Assembly (NCBI GenBank): GCA_963817525.1
Contig: CAWFOU010000001.1
Span: forward strand, 448,001-512,000
From: an uncultured archaeon
Lineage (GTDB): Archaea > Thermoproteota > Nitrososphaeria > Nitrososphaerales > Gagatemarchaeaceae
Direction of reading: 5' to 3'
Length of the DNA stretch: 64,000 nt
Part shown: positions 1 to 8,962 of the stretch, in pieces
Layout: each line of letters starts with the position of its first letter
Position numbering within the stretch: position 1 is the stretch's first letter
Notes under the pieces: model-generated
Databases searched by the model: none
The model's input: the letters and a program-made list of their open reading frames with translations, nothing else
What the model was told of the DNA's origin: nothing
Made by a program: the position numbers and the translations under genes

Positions 1-1977
1 CTTCGGGCCGAGATGGAGGCCAACGTAAAGGCGGCTGTCACAGCCATACCCGGGGTCGCGGAGGTGAAGATCAAGATGAGCGCCCACATACCCGCGACCC
101 GCCTTGTGGACCAGAGCGAGGTGATGAAGGGAGTGAAGAACATCATCGCGGTGGCGAGCGGGAAGGGCGGCGTTGGTAAGACCACGGTCGCAGTCAACCT
201 GGCGGTCAGCCTCGCATCGGCGGGCGCGAGGGTCGGGCTCCTCGACGCCGACATCTACGGGCCGACGGTCCCGGTGATGATGGGCGTGAAAGAGCGGCCG
301 GGCGCAGTGGGCAACATGATGGTCCCGCCGGCGGCGCATGGGGTGAAGGTAATTTCGTTGGGGTTCTTCTACAAGGACGACACGCCCCTGGTCTGGAGGG
401 GGCCGATGGTAGCCGGGGCGGTCAAGCAGCTCCTGACCCAGGTCGAGTGGGGCGACCTCGACTATCTTATCGTGGATCTTCCTCCCGGATGCCTCCCTGC
501 TGGGACGTTCGTCCTAACTGCCTCGAACGTGCCAAAACCCATCGAAGAAATCAAAGTAGGCGAATTCGTGCTGAGCTACGATGGAGAGAAGCTGGTTCCG
601 AGGCGCGTCCTGGGAGTCATTCCCCAAGGAAAACAGATGGTCTACAAGGTCAGGACCCCGAACAAGACGATTCTTGCGAGCGCGAACCATCCATTCCTGA
701 AATATTCTAGCAAAGTGCTGTGGAAAAGACTCGATCAATTGAAACCCAGGGACCGCGTGTGGGTGGCGAATTGCGTCCGTGGAGGCCAACCCTTGACCCT
801 GCCCAAAATCGACCACAATCCGAATTTTGTTCACCTACCTACAGAGACCACCTCCGATTTCATGCAGGTCATCGGCCACTTCCTAGGCGAGGGTTTCATC
901 AAGATCCAGAAGGGCGGGCGCGAACCTGTAGGACTGAGAATCTGCGAGCCCAGGGGCGGCAAGTTCAGTGCCGCCTACGAGAACCTCTACCAGAGGGTCT
1001 TCGGCTGCAAGACATTCGATGACAACAGCGGGGCCAAATTCGGCATCGCGTCAACGCCTTTGGCGAAGCTCTTCATCGCCCTCGACCTGGACCACAAAGC
1101 CGGAAGGAAGAGGGTTCCAGATTGGATCTTTGGACTGCCTCTAGAGCAGAGGCTCGCGTTCATCAAAGGCTATTCCGAGGCAGACGCGACCATCAGGCAC
1201 AGAGAGCGAACAAAGTCGCTTCCTGACTGGCAAGGGAGATACAGGGTCGTCTCCATAGTCCAAGACACGGTCGCCGTCGAAACTACGAACGAGCCTCTGG
1301 TGCGGCAGATGCACGAGCTTTGCGCGATGAGCGGCCTGCGCGCCAGCAACGTGCTGGAATCTTTCGACGAGGTCGTCAAACTGCCTGAAGGGCGTGAGAT
1401 CCACGACGTGAGGTCGTTTTCCTTCCAGCACTCGCTGAAACCGGATACTGCGCCTTTCAAGCTCGCGAGGATAACCTCGATAGAGCCAGTCGGAGAGATG
1501 CAGACCTTCGATCTGCAAGTAGATGAGCATGAAAACTTTGTTGCCAACGGATTCTTGGTGCACAACACCGGGGACGCGTCGCTCACGCTGGCGCAGACGG
1601 TCCCGTTGGGCGGGGTCGTGATAGTGACGACACCCCAGGAGGCCTCCTTGAACATCGCCACAAAGGCGCTAGCGATGTTCAAGAAGCTGAACGTCCCAAT
1701 ATTGGGCATAGTGGAGAACATGAGCTACTTCACGTGCCCGCACTGCGGCGAAAAGACCTACATCTTCTCCGAGGGCGGGGGGAAGAGGGCGGCGAAGGCC
1801 CTCGACGCGCAGTTTCTCGGCGAGATACCGATCTATCCCCTCATTCGGGAGCAGTCCGACGTAGGCGTCCCAGTCTCATCGGCGGCGCCCGACTCACCCG
1901 AGAGCGCGGCGTTCAAGGACATCGCGTTCAGGGTGGCCGGGATGGTAAGCATCGTCGCGTACGAGAACTCAAAATAG
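1..1977 (+). CDS. mrp: Mrp/NBP35 (ApbC) Fe-S cluster carrier ATPase, interrupted by an intein; 5' end probably lies upstream of the window
   Basis: Walker A SGKGGVGKTT, DADIYGP, WRGPM, DYLIVDLPPG|TGD and ENMS..CPHC motifs; reading frame is open back to base 1. Confidence 0.95.
   Translation, partial: LRAEMEANVKAAVTAIPGVAEVKIKMSAHIPATRLVDQSEVMKGVKNIIAVASGKGGVGKTTVAVNLAVSLASAGARVGLLDADIYGPTVPVMMGVKERPGAVGNMMVPPAAHGVKVISLGFFYKDDTPLVWRGPMVAGAVKQLLTQVEWGDLDYLIVDLPPGCLPAGTFVLTASNVPKPIEEIKVGEFVLSYDGEKLVPRRVLGVIPQGKQMVYKVRTPNKTILASANHPFLKYSSKVLWKRLDQLKPRDRVWVANCVRGGQPLTLPKIDHNPNFVHLPTETTSDFMQVIGHFLGEGFIKIQKGGREPVGLRICEPRGGKFSAAYENLYQRVFGCKTFDDNSGAKFGIASTPLAKLFIALDLDHKAGRKRVPDWIFGLPLEQRLAFIKGYSEADATIRHRERTKSLPDWQGRYRVVSIVQDTVAVETTNEPLVRQMHELCAMSGLRASNVLESFDEVVKLPEGREIHDVRSFSFQHSLKPDTAPFKLARITSIEPVGEMQTFDLQVDEHENFVANGFLVHNTGDASLTLAQTVPLGGVVIVTTPQEASLNIATKALAMFKKLNVPILGIVENMSYFTCPHCGEKTYIFSEGGGKRAAKALDAQFLGEIPIYPLIREQSDVGVPVSSAAPDSPESAAFKDIAFRVAGMVSIVAYENSK
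490..1566 (+). mobile_element. Intein (359 aa) with LAGLIDADG homing-endonuclease domain
   Basis: Begins CLPAGT after DLPPG; block B ASANHPF; LAGLIDADG-like VIGHFLGEG and FIKGYSEAD; ends FVANGFLVHN followed by Thr. Removing it restores DLPPGTGD. Confidence 0.95.
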
Positions 1978-2086
1978 GGTTGTCCGACCGGCTTCTCGAA
2001 CGCGACGCGAAAAAGAAGAAGGCAAAGAAGAGGCGGAGGCCGCCCTATCGCAAGTCGTGGTCTCCCACGCGCTAGGGTGCGCGCTC

Positions 2087-2563
2087 TCAGGCGCCTCTGG
2101 CAAGGTGGAGTACGTGCGGCACCTCTCCCAAGAACAGTTCAAGGGCGGTCCTCACCCCGTCGGGAGAGCCGGGAAGGCACATGACCACCTTCCCTCGACT
2201 GACGCCGGCCGTTGCGCGCGACAGAGCGGCGGCCGCCCCTATCTTCTGGAAACTGACGAACCGGAATATCTCGCCGAACCCCTCGATCTCTTTCTCGAAG
2301 ATAGGCCTGACCGTCTCTATCGTGAGGTCGGTCTTCGAGACCCCCGTGCCCCCGGTTAGCACTATCACGTCCACGTCCGCCTGCCTGAGGGCTCTGGACA
2401 CGGCGCTCCGCAACATCTTCGCGTCGTCGGGCACCAGGCCCCTTCGCACGACCTTGCTCCCCGCGCGCTCGACGAGCCCTTGAGCGAGGTCGCCCGACTC
2501 GTCGCTCACAGGGTCCTTCTGCTTCGCCTGCCCCCTGTACCTGGTCGTGCTCACGGTGATCAC
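2087..2563 (-). CDS. moaB: Molybdopterin adenylyltransferase MoaB/MogA family (true start probably ~2610)
   Basis: ITVST..D.SG, VPDD, LTGGTG..D.TIE, SRATAG and CLPGSP motifs; homology extends upstream as HRHDAPK. Confidence 0.9.
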   Translation of the reverse strand: MITVSTTRYRGQAKQKDPVSDESGDLAQGLVERAGSKVVRRGLVPDDAKMLRSAVSRALRQADVDVIVLTGGTGVSKTDLTIETVRPIFEKEIEGFGEIFRFVSFQKIGAAAALSRATAGVSRGKVVMCLPGSPDGVRTALELFLGEVPHVLHLARGA

Positions 2564-2606
2564 CGCGTAGCGCAGAGTGCGCTTCGGCGCGTCGTGCCTG
2601 TGGGCT

Positions 2607-3056
2607 TCAGGAGCGCCCGCTTCTCTTCACCTTCTCCACGACGCGGACCCCCTCGACCGTCGTCGAAGGGTACTGCCCTCCGGCGTCCTTCTCGTACGCC
2701 TTCACCACGTCCCAGATGTTGAGGAGCGCGACGCTCACCCCGGTCAGCGCCTCCATCTCCACGCCGGTCTTCTCGTGGGCAGAGACGGTGACCGAGACGA
2801 CTATGGAGTCTTCGAGAACGGTCTCGGTAACCTCGACGTGCTCGATGCGGAGGGGGTGGCACAGGGCTAGCAGATCGGGAGTCTTCTTGACCGCAAGGAT
2901 GGCCATCGTCTTGGAGATGGCGAGTGGGTCGCCCTTCTCGAGCTCCCCGTCCCTGATCCGCTCGAGGGTCTTGGGCTTCAACATGATCCTTCCCGTCGCC
3001 GTGGCCTCCCTGAATACCACCGGCTTGTCCGAGATGTCGGCCTGCCTGACGCTCAT
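2607..3056 (-). CDS. moaC: Cyclic pyranopterin monophosphate synthase
   Basis: DISDK..REATA, KGD, LCHPL and KTGVEMEAL motifs. Confidence 0.95.
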   Translation of the reverse strand: MSVRQADISDKPVVFREATATGRIMLKPKTLERIRDGELEKGDPLAISKTMAILAVKKTPDLLALCHPLRIEHVEVTETVLEDSIVVSVTVSAHEKTGVEMEALTGVSVALLNIWDVVKAYEKDAGGQYPSTTVEGVRVVEKVKRSGRS

Positions 3057-3120
3057 TGGAATGGTCGGCAGCCGGCCCCCGCGGGATTTAGGTCTTCTTC
3101 GGGCGGACGAAGCGGCGGCG

Positions 3121-3432
3121 TCAGAACTTTCTCGTGTCGATGCCGGTCTTGACGAATTTCGTCCCGCTCCGGGTCATCCCGCGTCCTCCTTGTCGGCGCT
3201 TCTGCTCGCTCGAGGCTTTCTCAGGGTTCGCCACTGACTTGGCATGGCACGCGGGGCACAGGGCCTGGAAGCTCGCAGCGCTCGGAGGGCTTTTGGACAG
3301 AGTGTTCACCGGCTCGAAATGGGCCGGGGCCCTGCCCACCGGCTCCAGGTCGGTCTGGCACTGGCTGCACGCGAAAGCATGTCGTCTAAGGATCTCGTTC
3401 TTCTGGGAAGAACTCAGAGGAGCTTGCTGCAT
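3121..3432 (-). CDS. Small Zn-binding protein with degenerate HNH-like fold
   Basis: CSQC ... LCPACH spacing typical of HNH, but the catalytic DH/N positions are not conserved. Confidence 0.55.
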   Translation of the reverse strand: MQQAPLSSSQKNEILRRHAFACSQCQTDLEPVGRAPAHFEPVNTLSKSPPSAASFQALCPACHAKSVANPEKASSEQKRRQGGRGMTRSGTKFVKTGIDTRKF

Positions 3433-3471
3433 AGCCCGGACACGAGCGCGCGGCTGATAAGTCGTGCGGTA

Positions 3472-4881
3472 TCAGTTTCTGCGGATCCTCTGGGCGAGGA
3501 GCTTGGCCACCACTCCCGGCTGGGCGTTGGGCTCCTCCTTCAACACCTGCCCGACGAGGTAGCTGAATGCCTTCTTGTCCGCCCGTGCTTCCGCGAGGGC
3601 CTCCGGCCTCGCCTTGAGCACCTTGTCGATGAGGGAGGCGATAGCCCCCTCGTCGGCGACGGCGGAGAGGTTCCTCTGCTGCACGACCTGGCGCGCCGGC
3701 CTGCCCGTCTTCATCGCCTCGCGCAAGGCCTCCTTGGCTTGAGCCCTCGTGATGGAGCCCGAATCCACCATCTTCGCCAGCTCCACAAAGTCCTCTGGCG
3801 TCACCCTGGCAGACCCGGGGGGCACCTCGCCCGAAAGCTCTCCGACGATGAGGCCCGCCATCTCCTGATATCCGTCGTAGAGCTCGGCGCACCTGTCGAA
3901 GAAGGCCGAGAGTTCCTTGCTCGCCGCGAGCTCCTTCGCGAGCTGGGGTGAGAGCCCGAACTCCCTGGCGTACCGGGCCGCCTTGGCGTCGGCGACCTCT
4001 GGCATGGCACCCCGGATCTTGGCTATGGCCTCGGGCGGAAGGACTATCGGCCGGAGGTCGGGCTCGGGGAAGTAGCGGTAGTCCTGCTCCTCCTCCTTGG
4101 AGCGCATTGCTATCGTGATGCTCCGCCGCTCGTCCCAGTGCCTCGTCTCGCTCGTCGCGTTCCCGGAGAACGTCCTCTGCCGGAGTATCTCGTAGTTCAG
4201 GGCCTTCTCCACCTCCTTGAAAGAGGAGATGTTCTTGACCTCGACCCTCGCCCCTCCCGCGAGGGATATGTTCGCGTCGCACCTCATTGCCCCGTCCAGC
4301 TCCCCGTTAGAGACGCCCAGGGACTCGATCGTGGAGCGCAGCTTCTCGAGGAACATCTTGGCCTCCCGGGCGTCCACGATGTCCGGCTCGGTCACGATCT
4401 CGACCAGGGCGATTCCAGCCCGGTTGTAGTCCACGAGGCTGTAGGTCGACTTGTCGATTGTCCCCTCGTAGGTGAGCTTTCCTGGGTCCTCCTCTAGCTG
4501 GATCCTCGTTATGCGCACCCTCTTTCCCTCGACGTCGACGAACCCCCCCGAGGCTATGGGGATCCCGCCTGCCTTGTCGTATTGGCTGATCTGGAAGCCC
4601 TTGGGGAGGTCAGGATAGAAGTAGTTCTTCCTGTAGAAGACGGAGCGCTCCGCGACCGTGCAGTTCAGAGCTAGGGCTATCATCGTGGCGTACTCGACGG
4701 CCTTGGAGTTCAAGACTGGCAGGGTCCCCGGCAGGCCAAAGCAGACCTGACAGACCTTCTCGTTAGGCTCGCTCTCTCGATAGTCCGAGGAGCACGAACA
4801 GAAGAGCTTGGTCTTCAGGGCGGTGAGCTGGCAGTGGACTTCCAGCCCTATCTTCACCTTCGCCGTAGGCTCCGCCTGCAA
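3472..4881 (-). CDS. gatB: Asp-tRNA(Asn)/Glu-tRNA(Gln) amidotransferase subunit B
   Basis: IGLEVHCQL, RKNYFYPDLPKGFQISQ and DYRYFPEPDL. Confidence 0.97.
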   Translation of the reverse strand: MQAEPTAKVKIGLEVHCQLTALKTKLFCSCSSDYRESEPNEKVCQVCFGLPGTLPVLNSKAVEYATMIALALNCTVAERSVFYRKNYFYPDLPKGFQISQYDKAGGIPIASGGFVDVEGKRVRITRIQLEEDPGKLTYEGTIDKSTYSLVDYNRAGIALVEIVTEPDIVDAREAKMFLEKLRSTIESLGVSNGELDGAMRCDANISLAGGARVEVKNISSFKEVEKALNYEILRQRTFSGNATSETRHWDERRSITIAMRSKEEEQDYRYFPEPDLRPIVLPPEAIAKIRGAMPEVADAKAARYAREFGLSPQLAKELAASKELSAFFDRCAELYDGYQEMAGLIVGELSGEVPPGSARVTPEDFVELAKMVDSGSITRAQAKEALREAMKTGRPARQVVQQRNLSAVADEGAIASLIDKVLKARPEALAEARADKKAFSYLVGQVLKEEPNAQPGVVAKLLAQRIRRN

Positions 4882-4882
4882 C

Positions 4883-6340
4883 TCAGGCGGCCTCCGCGAG
4901 CGGCGGTGACCTCGGGGTCTGCCCTCCCGCGAGGGCGTTGGCGACTTCTAGCAGGGTCTCCTCCCCGAACCTAGGGGCGATGACCTGCATCCCAACCGGG
5001 AGGCCGTCGACGAACCCACAGGGCAAGCTCACGGCGGGAAGGCCCGTGAGGTTGGCAGCGACCGTGTTGATGTCTATCAGGTAGTCCTCGAGCGGGGTGA
5101 CCTCCTCCCCAAGCTTGGGGGGAAGCACCGGCATGGTCGGCCCAACCAGCACGTCGAACTTCTTCATCGCGACGGCGAATTCCTGCGTCAGCAGGGCCCT
5201 GACCTTCTGCGCCCTCACGTAGTATGCCTCATAGTAGCCAGCCGAAAGGACGAAAGTCCCGAGCATTATCCTCCTCTTCACCTCCTCGCCGAAGCCCTGA
5301 GTCCTGGCCTTTGTGAAGGCCGTGTTCCAGTCTGTGCTCCCCTTCTCCGGGGACAGCCCGTACCTCACCCCGTCGTACCTTGAGAGGTTCGAGCTGGCCT
5401 CCGCCATGGCGATTATGTAGTAGACCGCGAGCGAATGCGGGAGGGAGGCGATCGAGACGTCTGCCGCCTCGGCACCCAAGTCCTCCAGCTTGGCGCAGCC
5501 GTCCAAGACCTTCTCCTTCACCTTCGGCTGAGCGCCCTCCCCGAAGAACTCCTCGATCCTGCCCACCTTGAGGCCTTTGAGACCATGCCCCTTGGGATGC
5601 TCCACCGGTTCGCGGGCGGACGTGGCGTCTCCTGGGTCGTGTCCGGCGATCACGCGGAACAGCAACGAAGTGCTCTCCGCGTCTCTCCCAATGGGGCCGA
5701 TCTGCTCCAGGCTGTTCGCGTATGGGATTAGCCCGTAGCGGCTCACGCGCCCATATGTCGGCTTCAGCCCGACCACAGAGCAGAAGCTCGCGGGGCACCG
5801 TATCGACCCTCCTGTGTCCGAGCCCAGCGCCACCGAGGCCAGCCCCGCGGACACCGCGGCCGCGCTCCCTCCCGAGGACCCGCCAGGGACCCGGGAGAGG
5901 TCCCACGGGTTGAAGGTGGGGCCGTAACCCGAGTTCTGCGTCGTGTTGCCCATGCCGAACTCGTCCAGGTTCGTCTTCCCGAGCACTATGGCGTCAGCAT
6001 CCTGGACCCGAGCGACGGCGGTCGCGCTATATGGGGGGTTGAATCCCTGGAGTATCCTGGATGCGCAGGTCGCCTGGAGCGACTTCACGCAGATGTTGTC
6101 CTTGACGGCGACTCCCAACCCCGCGAGCCTGCCCAGCCTCTCTCCTTTCTTGACCCGGCGGTCGAGGGCCTTCGCTTTCCCTATCGCTCCGTCGCGGTCC
6201 AGTTGCAGGTAGGCGTGGACCTTCGGGTCGAGCCTGTCTATCCTGTCGATGATGGACGCTATGTACTCTTCTGCGCTCAGCTCTCCCCTGGACACCATCG
6301 AGGGGACCTTCGCGGGGCTGATCGCGGCCTTCGACGTCAA
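4883..6340 (-). CDS. gatA: Amidotransferase subunit A
   Basis: KDNI, GKTNLDEF, PGGSSGGSAAAV, GSDTGGSIR and SSNLSRYDG. Confidence 0.97.
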   Translation of the reverse strand: MTSKAAISPAKVPSMVSRGELSAEEYIASIIDRIDRLDPKVHAYLQLDRDGAIGKAKALDRRVKKGERLGRLAGLGVAVKDNICVKSLQATCASRILQGFNPPYSATAVARVQDADAIVLGKTNLDEFGMGNTTQNSGYGPTFNPWDLSRVPGGSSGGSAAAVSAGLASVALGSDTGGSIRCPASFCSVVGLKPTYGRVSRYGLIPYANSLEQIGPIGRDAESTSLLFRVIAGHDPGDATSAREPVEHPKGHGLKGLKVGRIEEFFGEGAQPKVKEKVLDGCAKLEDLGAEAADVSIASLPHSLAVYYIIAMAEASSNLSRYDGVRYGLSPEKGSTDWNTAFTKARTQGFGEEVKRRIMLGTFVLSAGYYEAYYVRAQKVRALLTQEFAVAMKKFDVLVGPTMPVLPPKLGEEVTPLEDYLIDINTVAANLTGLPAVSLPCGFVDGLPVGMQVIAPRFGEETLLEVANALAGGQTPRSPPLAEAA

Positions 6341-6343
6341 GGC

Positions 6344-6649
6344 TCAGAACACCCGGGGTGCTCTCACGTATCTTCCCTTCTTCTGGGGCACGCCCTCCAA
6401 CAGCTCTCCCGGGATGGATGGCCCCACCACGTCATCCCTCATGCCGGATCCGGGAGGTACATCTTGAAGCACAGCACCCTTCGGGACTTGCACGCTGTCC
6501 AGGCTGGCGAAATATCCCAGGATGGAGGCGAACTCTCCGCGCAGGCGCTCGGCCTCCTGTGAGGTCAGCGCGAGGCGCGAGAGCTCAGCGAGACGCTCGA
6601 CCTGTCGCATGTCTATCGCGGCAGCCTTCTTCTCCCTTCTTCGTGACAA
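6344..6649 (-). CDS. gatC: Amidotransferase subunit C
   Basis: V.RLAELSRL, MRDD and YVRAPRV motifs; directly upstream of gatA. Confidence 0.9.
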   Translation of the reverse strand: MSRRREKKAAAIDMRQVERLAELSRLALTSQEAERLRGEFASILGYFASLDSVQVPKGAVLQDVPPGSGMRDDVVGPSIPGELLEGVPQKKGRYVRAPRVF

Positions 6650-6757
6650 GTATAGTCCGCGTGCCGTGTGTGGCGGATAAATGATTTACGCGCGCCCTGC
6701 CTGAGAAGTTTTTCTGCTGGACAACCCTTAAAGGTCGTCGGCGCGAGCTGATTCTGG

Positions 6758-7177
6758 TTGGTCAAGATCCCCGAGGAAGCGGTGACCCTCATCCTGAAGA
6801 ACGACAACGTAGTCTTGGTGGGCAGCGTCGACTCGAAGGGGGTGCCCAACATCGCGCCCAGGTTCGTGCTGGCCGTCATCGAGGACGAGAGGCTGCTGTT
6901 CGCCGACGCCTACAGGAACAAGACGTTCGACAACATCAAGGCGTGGAAAAAGGTCACGGTTTCGGTGATGGACAAGGAGACCATGGGGGGGTTTCAACTC
7001 AAAGGGGACGCCGAAGAGGTGGTGGACGAGGATCTGGTCGCTCAGGCAAGCGCAAAGCTCGCCGAGCACGGCATAGGCGCAAAGCCCCAGAAGGCGTGGG
7101 TGCTCGCGGTGAACGAGGTATATTCGCTCAAACCCGAGAGCAAGTCCAAGGCCCCGATCATTTCGGGCTACGGGTGA
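6758..7177 (+). CDS. Pyridoxamine 5'-phosphate oxidase-like FMN-binding protein
   Basis: D.KG.PNIAP, KTFDNI, GFQLKG and V.EVYS pattern. Confidence 0.8.
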   Translation: MVKIPEEAVTLILKNDNVVLVGSVDSKGVPNIAPRFVLAVIEDERLLFADAYRNKTFDNIKAWKKVTVSVMDKETMGGFQLKGDAEEVVDEDLVAQASAKLAEHGIGAKPQKAWVLAVNEVYSLKPESKSKAPIISGYG

Positions 7178-7419
7178 CTTGCCTAGGAGGTTGCGCGAAA
7201 GTCCCTATCGAGGCTTCCACTCTAGGGGGTGAGACGCAGTTTCTCTTCCTTTCATGGCGGACAAACGATTTAAGCGGTCTCCTGCTTTTTTTCCTACACC
7301 TCACCACCTTGGCGACTAGAGACAGGCAGTCTCCTTCCGACGGTGAGATGCGAGACGCGATGGACTGCGCCGGATGGATTGCACCCAAGATCAGTGGCCC
7401 TGAACATCCCTTTCGCCCC

Positions 7420-8832
7420 TCATCCTTTTCGCTTTCTTTCCCTTCGGACAACCAGAACGCCTCCGAAGAGCGCGAGACCTGCGATGCCCGCGGCTGCAAC
7501 GCCACTACTCGATGCCGTCAAGTGGTCGCCCACGCTGATCACGTCAGTCAGGGGAGCGGCTACGGGACTCACGTAATGGTCAATCACCCCGAGCGCATCA
7601 GAAAGGGAAGCCTGGATCGGAGGCACGTATTTGTCAACCAATTCTACGGCGTCCGAGAGAGGGGCATTCACAGGAAGCAGGTACTGGTCTAGCGTATGGA
7701 TCGTATCGAAGAGCGAAGCCGAAACTGGCGCCGCGTAAGTGTCCAGCGCACCCACGGCATCCGACAGAGGGGCGGTGACCGGTTGAACGTTCGCATCGGC
7801 CGCATTCAGACCATCCTGAAGGGTAGCCGTTACGGTAGAGGTCCCGGAAGACGTGCTGGTTGTCGATGCGCTAGTCGATGTGCTAGTCGATGTGCTAGTC
7901 GATGTGCTAGTCGATGTGCTAGTCGATGTGCTAGTCGATGTGCTAGTCGATGTGCTAGTCGATGTGCTAGTCGATGTGCTAGTCGATGTGCTAGTCGATG
8001 TGCTAGTCGATGTGCTAGTCGATGTGCTAGTCGATGATGTCGAAGTAGAAGGTGCGAGCGCTAACCCCATTTCTGCCCAGGGGTAGGCGCTCGAAGTTAA
8101 CGTAAAAGGAAAGTAGGTCGGCGAGGACACACCACTTGTAGCGTATTCGGCGCTACCGCCGTCCGTGCCACCGCTTGACCCGGGAGACAGGGTAAAGTTC
8201 TCACCTGCAGTCGCAGAAAACATGATCGGACTTCCAACCAAACTTGCAATGAAAGCACCGCTTTGAAATGATGCGGATGTGGAATATGTAGAGATAGAAC
8301 AGGAGGTAGCAGTAGAATATGGCTCGGTATAACAATCACCGCCCGCGGCTTCGTAAACAGCACCAACAGTGGTAACTCCAGATACTTCGTAGATGTAGAC
8401 CCCACCTAGCGTGGCACCGGCGAAGTTCACGAAAATAGAATCTGACCCACTCGAAGAAAGTGTTGCGTCATAGATGTATACCGCCTGGGGACTGTCGGTC
8501 CCTTCTGCCAGTAGCGTGAATGTTGATCCCAAAGTGTCCCCAACGGAACTTACTGTTCCAGAATCAACGGCGATCATGACTACAACCACATCTCCGGTCG
8601 TTACTGGACCTGGGAACGAAATTGGGGATGGAGAGCAATCCGTGGTCGTACAGCCACCGTTGTTCTGCTGGACTAGCGCTGACTGCGCCCTAACCGGCTG
8701 GGCGTAGACCAGGATAGAAAGAAGCAAGATTGCGGAGACAATGAGGACGGTGAACCCTTGGGTTGGGAAACTCCTGCGAGGCGATTTTTTGCGGAATGCC
8801 GAAGCTGGCATGATGTTAACTTCGACCGCCAT
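7420..8832 (-). CDS. Secreted, C-terminally membrane-anchored surface protein (beta domain, poly-ST linker, six 18-aa repeats)
   Basis: Signal-like hydrophobic segment, Ser/Thr-rich body, C-terminal TM segment followed by RRERKRKG. Confidence 0.8.
   Translation of the reverse strand: MAVEVNIMPASAFRKKSPRRSFPTQGFTVLIVSAILLLSILVYAQPVRAQSALVQQNNGGCTTTDCSPSPISFPGPVTTGDVVVVMIAVDSGTVSSVGDTLGSTFTLLAEGTDSPQAVYIYDATLSSSGSDSIFVNFAGATLGGVYIYEVSGVTTVGAVYEAAGGDCYTEPYSTATSCSISTYSTSASFQSGAFIASLVGSPIMFSATAGENFTLSPGSSGGTDGGSAEYATSGVSSPTYFPFTLTSSAYPWAEMGLALAPSTSTSSTSTSTSTSTSTSTSTSTSTSTSTSTSTSTSTSTSTSTSTSTSTSTSTSTSTSTSASTTSTSSGTSTVTATLQDGLNAADANVQPVTAPLSDAVGALDTYAAPVSASLFDTIHTLDQYLLPVNAPLSDAVELVDKYVPPIQASLSDALGVIDHYVSPVAAPLTDVISVGDHLTASSSGVAAAGIAGLALFGGVLVVRRERKRKG
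7862..8036. repeat. 12-bp tandem repeat (CTAGTCGATGTG, ~14 copies) encoding the (ST)n linker
   Basis: Directly visible near-perfect tandem array. Confidence 0.97.
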
Positions 8833-8962
8833 CTGATGCGTAGTCAGCCGGCGCCATCATCGGTGGACGCGAATCGGTGGCGACAGCTTTTGAAGGCCTC
8901 GGTGGCGCCGCGATTAGGGACGCGAGGAGCCTTGCAAAGCTTCTCGTGTCACTCAACTCAAA

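Noticed and set aside
7862-8036. Possible CRISPR array
   Set aside because: 12-bp units with no spacers, in frame within a CDS, and no cas genes
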